DNA of 64,000 nt. Source: Azolla caroliniana (lineage: Eukaryota > Plantae > Polypodiophyta). Where the stretch lies: the NCBI GenBank assembly GCA_043228905.1, contig JBHGNT010000022.1, positions 3,162,001-3,226,000 of the forward strand. The letters run 5' to 3'. This document shows positions 50,841 through 63,224 of this stretch, piece by piece. A program made the position numbers and the translations under genes. The notes beneath the pieces are model-generated. The model had not been told where the DNA came from and searched no databases. It saw only the letters and a program-made list of their open reading frames with translations. Each line of letters begins with the position of its first letter. The stretch's first letter is position 1.

Positions 50841-53800
50841 ACGTGTTCAAATCCCACTATCATCATCAATGTAAAATGAACATGCATTGGTCTAGTGACG
50901 GTTGATAAGACAACACGATAAGTGGATGATGTGGCAGATTTGGTCTAAGGCGCTAGATTAAGGTTCTAGTCCGAAAGGGCGTGGGTTCAAATCCCACTCT
51001 CATTATCAGTGTAGAATGAACATGTTTCGTTTTGGTGATAGATTGATTAGGCAAGACGCTAAGTGGATGAGGTGGCCGAGGTTGTCAAAGGCAATAGATT
51101 AAGCTTCTAGTCCAAAAGGGCATGGGTTCAAATCCCACTCTTATCATCAATGTAAAATGAACATACGTTGTTTTGGTGACAAGGGTATTATGGAACACGG
51201 TAAGAAGCTAAGGTGGCTCAGTTTGTGTAAGGCACTAGATTAAGGTTCTAGCACAAAAGGGTGTGGGTTGAAATCCCATTGTTATAACTAATGTAAAATG
51301 AACAGGCGTCGTTGTCAGGACAATTGGTTAGGAAACACGATTAGTGGATGAGTTGGCCTAGTTTGTGTAAGGCGCTAGATTAAGGTTCTAGTCCGAAGGT
51401 GCATGGGTTCAAATCCCACTCTCATCATTGATGTATATTAAGGATACATCGTTTTGGCGACGAGTTAATTAGGCAACATGATATATGGATGACGTGGTCA
51501 AGTTGGTCTAAGGTGTTAGATTAAGGTTCTAGTACGAAAGGACCTGTGGTCAAATCGCACTCTCATTATTGATGTAATGTGAACATGCTTCGTTTTGGTT
51601 CTACTCCGAAATGTGTAGGTTCAAATCCCCTCTCATCATCGGTGTAAAATGAACAAACTTCGTTTTGGTGACGGGTTGATTAGCCAACACGATAAGTGCA
51701 TGAGGTGGCCGAGTTGTCCTAAGGTTCTAGATTAAGGTTCTAGTCCGAGAGGGCGTGGCGTGTGTTCAAATCCCACTGTCATCATCGATATAAGATGAAC
51801 ATGCTTCGTTTTGGGGACGAGTTGATTCCCAACATGAGAAGTGAATGAGGTTGTCTAAGGTGCTAGATTAAGGTTCTGTTACAGGAGGGCATGGCTTCAA
51901 ATCCCACTCTCATCATCCATGTAAAACGAAGATGTTTCATTTTGGCGATGAGTTGATGAGGCAACACAATAAGTGGATGAGGTGGCCAAGTTGTTCTATG
52001 GTACTAGATTAACATTCTAGTACGAAATGTCATGTGTTCAAATCCCACTGTCATCATCGATGTAAAATGACCATGTTTCATTTTGGCGACGAGTTGATTA
52101 GGACCCACCATAAGTGGATGAGGTGGCTGATTTGTTCTAACACACTTGATTCAGGTTCGAGTCCGGAAGAAAGTGGGTTCAAAATCCACAGTCATCATCG
52201 ATGTAAAACGAACATGTTTTGTTTTAGTGATGAGTTGATTAGGCAACACGATAACTTTAGGAGGAGGCCGAGTTGGTCGAAGGCAGTATATTTACGTCTT
52301 ATTCCGAAACGACGTGTGTTCAAATCCCACTCTCATTATTGATGTAAAATGAACAAGCTTTGTTTTGGCGACGAGTTGATTAGCCGACACGATAAGTGCA
52401 TGAGGAGGTGTAGTTGGTCGAAAGTGGTAGATTAAGCTTTGGGGCTGGGTTCAAATCCCACTCTCATCATCGATGTAAAATGAACATGCTTGGTTTCGGC
52501 AACAAGTAGATTAGATAACATAGGAAATGGATCAGGTTGCGCTAGATTAAGGTTGTAGTCCGAAAGGGTGTGGGTTCAAATCACACTCTCATCATCTATT
52601 TAAAATGAATATCCTAGATTAAGGGACGAGTTGATTAGGCAACAGGAGAAGTGGTTAAGGTGGCCCAGGTGGTCTCACCCGCTAGATTAAGGTTCTAGTC
52701 CAAATGAGCGTGGGTTCAAATCACAATATCATTATTGATGTAAAACGAGCATGCTTCGTTTTGGTGAGAAGGTGATTAGGCAACATGATAAGCGGATCAC
52801 GCGGCCGAGTTGGTGTAATCCCACTCTCATCATCAATGTAAAATGAACATGTTTTGTTTTGGGGACGAGTTGATTAGGCAACACGAGAAGTGAATGCGGA
52901 TGTCTAAGGTGCTAGATTAAAGATCCGTATTCTAGTACGAAATGGCGTGCGTTCAAATTCCACTGTCATTCTCGATGTAAAATGACCATGTTTCATTTTG
53001 GCAACGAGTTAATTAGGCAACACGATATATGGATGACGTGGCCGAGTTGGTCTAAGGTGTTAGATTAAGGATCTAGGCCGAAAGGACATGGGGTCGAATC
53101 CCACTCTCATCATCGATGTAAAGTTAACATGCTTCGTTTTGGCGACAAGTTGATTAGGCAACATGATAAGTGGATGAGGTGGCTGAGTTGGTCTAAGGTT
53201 AGAACCTAGATTAAGCTTCTAGTTCGAAAACGCATGGGTTCAAATCCCAGTCTCATCATCGGTGTAAAATGAACATGGTTTGTTTTGGCGATAGGTTGAT
53301 TAAGCAACACAATAAGTGGATGAGGTGGCTGAGTTGTTCTAAGATGCTAAATTAAGGTTTTAGTTCGAAAGGGCGCGTGTTCAAATTCCACTCTCATAAT
53401 CGATGTAAAATAAACATGCGTTGTTCTAGTGATGGTTGATTTCCACAACACAATAAGTGGATGAGGTGGCCGAGTTGGTCTAAGGCGCTAGATTAAGGTT
53501 CTAGTCCGAAAGGGCGTGGGTTCAAATCCCACTCTCATCATTGGTGTAGAATGAACATGCTTCGTTTTGGCGACGGACTAATTAGGCAACACGCTAAGTG
53601 GATGAGGTGGCCGAGGTTGTCAAAGGAAATAGATTAAGCTTCTAGTCCGAAAGGGTATGGGTTCAAATCCCACTCTTATTGTCAATGTAAAATGAACATA
53701 CGTCGTTTTGGTGACAGGGGTATTACGCAACACGGTACGAAGCTGAGGTGGCTAAGTTGGTGTAAGGCACTAGATTAAGGTTCTAGTAAAAAAGGGTGTG

Positions 53801-54122
53801 GGTTGAAATCCCACTGTTATAACTGATGTAAAATGAACATCCGTCGTTGTAGGGACGATTGATTAGGAAACACGATTAGTGGATGAGGTGGCCTAGTTGG
53901 TCTAAGCCACTAGATTAAGGTTCTAGTCTAAAGGTGTGTGGGTTCAAGTCCCACTCTCATCATCGATGTATAATAAGGATACATACATGATATATGGATG
54001 ACGTGGCCGAGTTGGTCTAAGGTGTTAGATTAAGGTTTTAGTCCGAGAGGGCGTGTGGTCAAATCCCACTCTCATCATCGATGTAAAGTGAACATGCTTC
54101 GTTTTGGATCTAGTCCGAAAAC
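50841..54122 (+). repeat. tRNA-Leu tandem array block D (~23 monomers)
   Basis: Same monomer; resumes the T arm that was interrupted at 43786. Confidence 0.95.
53460..53540 (+). tRNA. tRNA-Leu(AAG), intact consensus copy
   Basis: Perfect 81-nt type II cloverleaf, anticodon loop TTAAGGT, intact A and B boxes, TTTT 25 nt downstream. Confidence 0.85.
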
Positions 54123-57100
54123 TGTTACCCCGTACGAGTTGTACGGAGAGTCAAGTGTGATGAGCGAGGGTCGAATATTATCATGATGATGTTGTATATG
54201 TGTAGGGAACATAAATGTAATTGTGAGTTGATATGTATGTGAACACATGCACACGTGTGTGCATGTGGAGGGATACGATGAGGTGTGAGTGAGTGTCCAG
54301 TATGAATGCTCTATGGGGCTTACACCCCTTTGTAACTACCCCCTCTTGTACTATTTAACCCCTTATGGGGAATGAATGAAGAATGAACCATTTTCTCTCC
54401 TAATCTCTCTCTTGTCATCCCTCTTTCTCTCTCTCTCTCCCCCTCAACGTTGAATCCCCTTGGGAGGGGGGTGGAGCCATTCTAGGCACCACCCCCCACC
54501 CCGCAATGCTTCTCTATGCTTCTCTATACGATCTCTCATCATCATGCCCGTCATCTCCACCATTACACAATGTCTATCTTCATCATCAATCATCTTTATC
54601 ATGATTATCATCCTTGACCCTAACCCTAAAACGTACAACACCTTTTGGCGACCACTACGGCGACCCCCCTTTGGAAACGGAGTCAAAGAATGATACGCGG
54701 TGATGAAGGCCATAGCGAAGGCCATAGCGACATATTTGTGTGAGTGCAGGAAATGACAATGCGATGAAAGAATTCATGAATGGAAACGATGTTTGTGCAA
54801 GGTTGCGATTGGTGTCCATGTACGTGTTTCCGAATGCGGTTAGTGACAATGTGCGTGTTCGAATGCGTGGTGCAAGATGCACGGCTGGAAAAACAGCGAC
54901 GCAGAGGGAACCGGTGCCAGCACGACCGGTAAGAGAAGCCCACCTGAAGACTGCGGTGGAAGACGCAGTGTGTGGAGCGGAGGCCGGCAGGATGTGCTGC
55001 GAATGCATGGGCTATGGTTCCAGAAGAAACAACGCAAAGAGAGTGGAACCGGAATCGGAACAAGAACCAAAGTTGGTTATCACCGAAGGGGCATCAAAGA
55101 CAGAGAAGAAGATGCAGACGTGGACCAAACATCGACAACCAGAAAAAGGGACATCACAACAAACACACACATGCAAAGACAGCAGGACCAACGAGGGTGA
55201 CTCGACAACAACATTGACGGACAAAAGGCTCAGGGCGCCAGACGAAGACAACGAGAGATGAAAACGGTTTCTGTCGGAGATACAGCCGGACAGAGACGGA
55301 AAGGGCCAGAGACCCCAAAAGCCATGAGCAAACCCTAGGTCGAACAGCGGGACAAATGGCCGAACGACGACGACGCTATACGGCAGAGGCCGGACAGCGG
55401 CGGCGAATGGCAACCCGAAACCCTACACAACAGTCAAAGAGTGGCCGAAGAGCAGCGGCCAGATTGTGTGCAGAGCGGGCAAGCGACGGACGAGGTTGGA
55501 CTATGACGAACCGGCAGAGACGACAACAGAAACGGAAACAGGGCTGGATGGAAAGGCGCCGGACAAGACCGAACAACTCGAGTGAAGGACGAATGGCGAT
55601 AGAAACGACCGGAAAGCCAACGACCGAACGGAGAACGGTGATGAAGACGGAAGATGACGGGACGGTTGCAGAGATGGAGAGACAACCAGAGTGGTAACGG
55701 TCGGCACAGTGACAAAGCAATGACCAGAACGGACCGGACAACCGGACAAACGACAAAAACGACCGGAAAGACGAAGGGACGACCGACCACAACAGTGAGG
55801 GAGACAGGGACGAAGCGGCCGAACAACGATAGTTGGAGCAGTGCCCCGATTGCGGCCGAACAGTGGCGGCCAACAAACGAACATACAATCGACAATGATG
55901 AAAGAGAAGAAGAAGATGAAGAAGAGAAGAAGGAAGGGAAGGAAAAGAAGAAGCACAAGAGGTGTTGGCGGCCAGACAACCGATGGTCGTAAAGAATAGA
56001 GACATCTGGACAGAGATGGCAGACCATAGAATGGCCGGACAGGGCCGACAGAGACGGCAATGACGCCAAACGATGGCAGAACAGGAACGGAAAGCGGCGG
56101 CTGGACAGCCAAGTCCGAGCATCGGAGGACACCGATGGCAACGGCGATGGACCCAGAGACGGAAACAAAAAAAAAAAAAAACAGAGACCGAGACGGAGAT
56201 GAACAGAGAAGGCCGTACAAACACACAACGACACACAAAAGCAGAGCGTGACAGCCACGGACAATGGACATAGCATAGCGGTGGTGAAAGAAGGAAGAAA
56301 AACGAGAAGAGAGGATGAAGATAAAAAGAAGAGAAAGATGAAACAGAATCAGAAAAGAAGAAGAAGAAACAGACAACGATAAGAGAGAGAAAACGCAAAC
56401 AGAAAACAAGAATAAGAAGAAACAAGAGAGGAAGAAGAAAAAGCAAGAAAGAAAACACAAAAAGAGAGGGGGGGGGCATGTAACAAATATTGAAACCCTG
56501 AGGGTACTGAATGAAATTGTCAAAATTCGAGGGTATGTAATAAAAATTTTAAAACTTGAGGGCACCGACGAAATTGTAAAAACTCATCCACATAGAGAAA
56601 TGGATGTGATCAACAACGACAACTCACACAAAATTAAAGGAAGATACACATACACACAACATTTTTGGACCCATGACGAAGTTCGTAAGTCGACAGAACG
56701 AGAATGTTCGTGTCGCGGAAGATTTGCTGACCAACAAAGATGGTCGAGTCAAGCACTCCGATCGAGGGAGTCGATCGTTGAAAGGACCGATGGAAGTTCC
56801 GGTCGAAGAAATATCATCATCAAGGCATGTGGGATCGACGTGCAACGCACTTTCCCACGGGCGTGCCATATGTGTTACCCCGTACGAGTTGTACGGAGAG
56901 TCAAGTGTGATGAGCGAGGGTCGAATATTATCATGATGATGTTGTATATGTGTAGGGAACATAAATGTAATTGTGAGTTGATATGTATGTGAACACATGC
57001 ACACGTGTGTGCATGTGGAGGGATACGATGAGGTGTGAGTGAGTGTCCAGTATGAATGCTCTATGGGGCTTACACCCCTTTGTAACTACCCCCTCTTGTA

Positions 57101-57390
57101 CTATTTAACCCCTTATGGGGAATGAATGAAGAATGAACCATTTTCTCTCCTAATCTCTCTCTTGTCATCCCTCTTTCTCTCTCTCTCTCCCCCTCAACGT
57201 TGAATCCCCTTGGGAGGGGGGTGGAGCCATTCTAGGCACCACCCCCCACCCCGCAATGCTTCTCTATGCTTCTCTATACGATCTCTCATCATCATGCCCG
57301 TCATCTCCACCATTACACAATGTCTATCTTCATCATCAATCATCTTTATCATGATTATCATCCTTGACCCTAACCCTAAAACGTACAACA
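54123..57390 (+). mobile_element. Very young non-autonomous LTR element with no recognisable gag or pol
   Basis: LTRs at 54123-54640 and 56873-57390 (518 bp, no difference found by eye). TSD AAAAC on both sides. PBS-like TGGCGACCAC at 54646-54655 (tRNA-Arg-like). Confidence 0.92.
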
Positions 57391-60300
57391 AAAACCCGTG
57401 GGTTCAAATCCCACTCTCATCATTGTGGTAAAATGAACTTCGTTTGGCAACGGGTTCATTAGCCAGCACGATAAGTGCATGAGGTGGCCGAGTTGTTCTA
57501 AGGTTCTAGTCCGAGAGGGCGTGTGTTCAAATCCCACTGTCATCATCGCTGTAAGATGAACATGCTTCGTTTTGGGGACAAGTTGATTCGGCAACATGAG
57601 AAGTGAATGAGGTTGTCTAAGGTGCTAGATTAAGGTTCTGTTACAGGAGGGTATGGCTTCAAATCCCACTCTCATCATCCATGTAAAACGAAGATGTTTC
57701 ATTTTGGGGATGAGTTGATGAGGCAACACAATAAGTGGATGAGGTGGCCGAGTAGTTCTATGGCACTAGATTAACATTCTAGTACGAAATGGCGTGCGTT
57801 CAAATCCCACTGTCATCATCGATGTAAAATGACCATGTTTCATTTTGGCGACGAGTTGATAAGGACCCAGCATAAGTGGATGAGGTGGTCGATTTGTTCT
57901 AACACGCTTGATTCAGGTTCGAGTCCGGAAGAGAGTGGGTTCAAAACCCACATTCATCATCGATGTAAAACGAGCATGTTTTGTTTTAGCGATGAGTTGA
58001 TTAGGCAACACGATAAGTGGAGGAGGTTGCCGAGTTGGTCAAAGGCGGTATATTTACTTTCTAGTCCGAAAGGACGTGTGTTCAAATCCCACTCTCATTA
58101 TTGATGTAAAATGAACAAGCTTTCTTTTGGCGACAAGTTGATTAGCCAACACGATAAGTGCATGAGGAGGTGTAGTTGGTCGAAAGTGGCAGATTAAGCT
58201 TCGGACTGGGTTCAAATCCCACTCTCATCATCAATGTAAAATGAACATGCTTCGTTTCGGCAACGAGTAGATTAGGCAACACGAGAAGTGGATCAGGTTG
58301 TCTGAGGTGCTAGATTAAGGTTGTAGTCCGAAAGGGCGTGGGAGTGCTTGAGGTGGCGGAGGTGGTCTCAGGCACTAGATTAAGGTTCTATTACAAATGA
58401 GCATTGGTTCAAATCCCACTGTCATTATTGATGTAAAACGAGCATGTTTCGTTTTGGTGACAAGATGATTAGGCAACATGATAAGCGGATCAGGTGGCCG
58501 AGTTGGTGTAATCTCACTCTCATCATTGATGTAAAATGTGCATGCTTCGTTTTGGGGACGACTTGATTAAGCAACATGATAAGTGGATGAGGTGGCCAAG
58601 TTGGTCTAACTTGCTCGATTAATGTTCTAGTCCAATAGGGCGTGGTTTCAAATGCCACTCTCAGCATAGATATAAAATGAATATGCTTGTTTCGGCAACT
58701 AGTGGATTAGGCAACAAGATAACTGGTTGAGGTGGCCAAGGTGGTCTAAGGCGCTAGATTAAGGTTCTAGTACGAAATGGCGTGCCTTCAAATCCCACTG
58801 TCATTATTGATGTAAAACGAGTATGTTTCGTTTTGGGGATGAATTGATTAGGCAATAGGATAAGTGGTTGAGGTGGCCGAGGTAGTCTAAGGTGCTAGAT
58901 TAAGGTCCTAGTCCAAAAGAGCGTCGGTTAAATTACCACTCGCATCATAGATGTGAAATGAACACGTGTTTTTTTGGCGACGCGTTGATTAGGCAACACA
59001 TTAAGTGGATGACGTTGTCTACGGGGCTAGATTAAGGTTCTATTCCGAAACGGTGTGGGTTGAAATGCCACTCTAATCATTGTTGTAAAATGAACATACT
59101 TCATTTTGGCGAGGATGATTAGGAATGACGAGAAGTCGATGACGTTGTTTAAGGTGCTAGATTAAGGTTCTAGTCCGGAAGGGAGTGGGTTCAAATTCCA
59201 CTCTCATCATCGATCTAAAATGACCACAGTTCGTTTTGTGGATCAGTTGATTAGGCAACACGATAAGTGGGTGAGGTGGCCGAGTTGTTCTAAGGCGCTA
59301 GGTTAAGGTTCTAGTCCGAAAAGGCTTGGGTTTAAATCTCATTCTCCTCATCAATGTAAAATGAACAAGCTTCGTGTTGGCTATGAGTTGATTAGGCATC
59401 ATGATAAGTGGATGAGGTGGTCGAGTTGGTCTAAGGCGCTATATTAAGGTTTCAGTCCGAAAGGGCGTGGATCCAAAGCCCACTCTCCACATCGATGTAA
59501 AAGGAACATGTTTTGTTTTGTTGATGAGTTGCTTAGGCAACACGATAAATGAATGACGTGGCAGAGTTGGTCCTAAGTGCTAGATTAAAGTTCTAGTCCG
59601 AAAGGATGTGGGTTCAAATACGACTCTCATCATCGATATAAAAATAAACATGTTTCGTTTTGGCGAGGAATTGATTAGACAACGGGATAGGTGGCCGAGC
59701 TTTGGTGACGAGTTGTAAAATGAAGAAGCTTCGTTTTGGCAACGAGTTGATTAGGCAGCACGATAAGTAGATGAGGTGGCGACGGGTTGATTAGCCAACA
59801 CGATAAGTGCATGAGGTGGCCGAGTTGTTCTAAGGTTCTAGCTTAAGGTTCTAGTCCAAAAGGGTTGAGTTCAAATCCCACTCTCATCACCGATGTAAGA
59901 TGAACATGCTTTGTTTTGGCGACGAGTTGATTAGGTAACACGAGAAGTGGATGAGGTTGTCTAAGGTGCTAGATTAAGGTTCTTGTCGAAGAGGGCATGG
60001 GTTCAAATCTCACTCTCATCATCGATGTAAAACGAAGATGTTTCATTTTGGTGATGAGTTGATGAGGCAACATGATAAGTGGATGAGGTGGCCGAGTTGT
60101 TCTAAGGTGCTAGAAGGTTCTAGTCTGAATGGGCGGGGGTTCAAATACAACTCTCATGATTGATGAAAAATAAACAAGCTTTGTTTTGGTGACAACTTGA
60201 TTAGGCAACAAGATAAGTGGATGAGGTCTCCGGGTTGGTTTAAGGCGATAGATTAAGGTTCTAGTCCAAAAGGGTGTGGGTTCCAATCTATTCTCAATAT

Positions 60301-61540
60301 CGATATAAAACGTACATTTTTCATTTTGGCAAGGAGTTGATTAGACACCAGGATAAGTGGTCGAGGTGGTGTAATGTGCTAGATTGAAGTTCTAGTCTGA
60401 AAGGGTCTGGGTTCAAATCCCACTCTTATCATCGATGTAAAATGAACATGTGTCATTTTTGTGATGCGTTCATTAGCCAACATGATTAGTGGATGAGGTA
60501 GTCGAGTTGGTTGAAGGCGGTAGAGTTCGGTTCTAGTAAGAAAGGTTGTGGATTCAAATCCCACTCTCATCATCAATGTAAAAAAAGCATGTTTCATTTT
60601 GGTGACGAATTGTTAGGCAACATCATATGTGGATGAGGTTGCCGAGGTGGCCTAGGACAATAGATTAAGGCTCTAGTTTGAAAACGCGTGGGTTCAAATC
60701 CCACTCTCATCATTGGTGTAAAACGAACATGCTTCGTTTTGGCGACGGGTTTATTAGGCAACACGATAGGTGGATGAGGTGGCCGAGGTTGTCAAAGGCG
60801 ATTAAGGTTCTGGTCCGAAAGAGCGTGGGTTCAAATCCCACTCTCAGCATCAATGTATAATAAACCTGCATCGTTTTGGAGACGAGTTATTAGGCAATAC
60901 AATATCTGCATGAGGTGGCCGAATTGGTCTAAGGATCTAGATTAAGCTTCTAGTCCGAAAGGGCATGTGGTCAAATCCCACTCTCATCATCGATGTAAAC
61001 TGAAGATGCTTCGTTTTGGCGACGTGTTGATTAGGGAACACAATAAGTGGATGAGGTGGCCGAGTTGGTGTAAGGTTAGACCCTAGATTAAGGTTCTAGT
61101 TCGAAAACGTGTGGGTTGAAATCCCACTGTCATCATCGGTGTATAATGAACATGCTTTCGATTTTGCGACGGGTTGATTAGCCAACACGATAAGTGGATG
61201 AGGTGGCCGAGTTGTTATAAGACGCTAGATTAAGGTTCTACTCCGAAAGGGCCTCTGTCCAAATCCCACTCTCAACATCGATGTAAAATGAACAAGCGTC
61301 GTGTTGGTAACAGTTAAGTGGATGAGGTGGCGGAGTTGGTCTAAGGCGCTAGATTAAGGTTCTAGTCCGAAGGGGCGAGGGTTCTAATCCCACTCTCATC
61401 ATCGATGTAAAATGAACATGCTTTGTTTTGGCGACGGGTTCATTTGGGAAGACGATAAGTGGATGAGGAGGCCGAGTTGGTCTAAGCTGCTACTTTAAGG
61501 TTCTACTCCGAAAGGGCATGTGGTGAAATCCTACACTCAC
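57391..61540 (+). repeat. tRNA-Leu tandem array block E (~30 monomers)
   Basis: Same monomer. Confidence 0.95.
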
Positions 61541-63158
61541 TTCACTTCTTTTACCCGATCCTTCAAAACCTTGAGGTGGAAACCGATGCAAGAGATTATG
61601 CTATAGGTGTTGTCTTATATCAAGATGGTAAACCAATAGCATTCGAGAGTAAGAAACTTGATTCTGTTCAATCTCGGTCTACCGGTCAAGAAAAGGAATT
61701 ATTTGCAGTTATACATGTGCTCAAAACATGGCGTCATTATCTTTATGGAAATCTTTTTATGGTAACTACAGACCACGAGTCCTTGAAATATTTTTGTGAC
61801 CAACAAGACCTGAAAGGTCGTAAGGCACGATGAGCTAATCTCATCCAAGACTTTGAGTTTTCCATACGATATCATAAAGGTTCCATGAACACTGTCGCTG
61901 ATGCACTAAGTCGCATCTGTGAAGTTAACATACTTAGCTTCACTGAAATGACATCATATTTTTATGATCACCTTCGAGGAAAGTATCATGATGACAGTTA
62001 TTTCGCAAAATATTGGGCAAGAGTTGAGTCTGAAACAAACACCACCACATCCTCGAAGGAATACTTCCACATTGCTAACGGTCTACTCTACCGTAATGGG
62101 AAGGTTTGTGTTCCAGATTTACCCGAGGTCAAAAAGAGGATTCTTTTTTAATGCCATGATACACCCTCAACAGGGCACCCTAGAATACATCGTACACTCG
62201 TTCTCATCTCCACACAATTTTATTAGCCTAAGATGCGTCCTGACATACATAGTTATGTGACTAAATGTCACCAATGTCAGGTTAACAAAGCCGAGCGACT
62301 TAAAGCCGCAGGACTTTTACATCCCTTGGACATTTTGAATAATAAGTGGGAAAGTATATCCATGGATTTTATTGTTAGCCTTCCTCGCACCCAAAAAGGT
62401 CATGATGCAATCTGGGTTGTGGTTGATAGACTAACTAAAATTGCCCAATTTATTGCTACTAAAACCACGGTAACAACTCCTGAATTGGCTTACCAATTCC
62501 TTGATGAGTTATTTCATTTTTATGGGTTACCGATGGATATTGTGAGTGATCGAGATGCAAAATTTACTACTGACTTTTGGACACAAGTCTTCAAGAAGTT
62601 AGAAATGATGTTGAGCATGAGCTCCACGTATCATCCTCAATCGGATAGATAGATAGAACGAGTAAATCAAATTATTGAGGACATGCTTCGAGCATACGTT
62701 GGGTGCAAAACCAACAAAATGGGAAAACGTTATCTCCCAATTTTTGAGTTTGCTTATAACAGCTCTAAGCATATGTCGACGGGATATAGTCCTTTTATGT
62801 TGATGTATGGTTCTCAGCCATGAGCCCCAATTTGATGTTAATATACATCATAATGAGTTGCGAAGTACGCAAAACTTTCTTCGGGATATGCAAGATATGT
62901 TGCATATTGCACGAGGTAATATAAAAACAGCTCAAGATAGAGTGCGTTTTTATGCCGATCATCATAGGAAACCTCGTGTATTCAACCCTGGATAGAAGGT
63001 ATTTTTACATGTACCTCACAATTCTAAGACATTGTCTAAGGGTAAGTGCGCTCCACGGTTTTGTGGATCTTTTATAGTCCTCAAACGCATTGGATCATCG
63101 GCCTATCGTCTCGCTCTTCCCGATGGCATTGAAATTCATCCAGTTTTTGATGTCAGTC
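61541..63158 (+). pseudogene. LTR-less RNase H-integrase fragment of the same chromovirus family as 7718-12136
   Basis: Closely matches ~10243-11870 (TDARDYAIG, WESISMDF, GHDAIWVVVDRLTK). Both ends fuse directly to tRNA monomers. Confidence 0.9.
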
Positions 63159-63159
63159 C

Positions 63160-63224
63160 TTCTGGGGACGGTTGATTAGGCAACATGATAAGTGGATGAC
63201 GTGGTTGAGTTGGTCTAAGGCGCT
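63160..63224 (+). repeat. Partial tRNA-Leu monomer
   Basis: Spacer plus 5' half of the tRNA up to TAAGGCGCT. Confidence 0.85.

Noticed and set aside
55376-56565. Long minus-strand ORFs (280-367 aa) as an antisense or env-like gene
   Set aside because: All three frames are open because the pyrimidine-rich strand lacks stop codons; no domain motif is recognisable.
12708-60860. Short ORFs in the array (MRWPSWSK..., RVGFEPTPF...)
   Set aside because: They are translations of the tRNA monomer on either strand.
12190-61540. CRISPR-like repeat-spacer array
   Set aside because: The spacers are homologous to each other, the repeat is a full tRNA, no cas genes are present and the context is eukaryotic.
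12190-61540. Cluster of tRNA-derived SINEs
   Set aside because: Units have no poly(A) or simple-repeat tails and no individual TSDs; they are strict head-to-tail copies of a full tRNA with its flanks.
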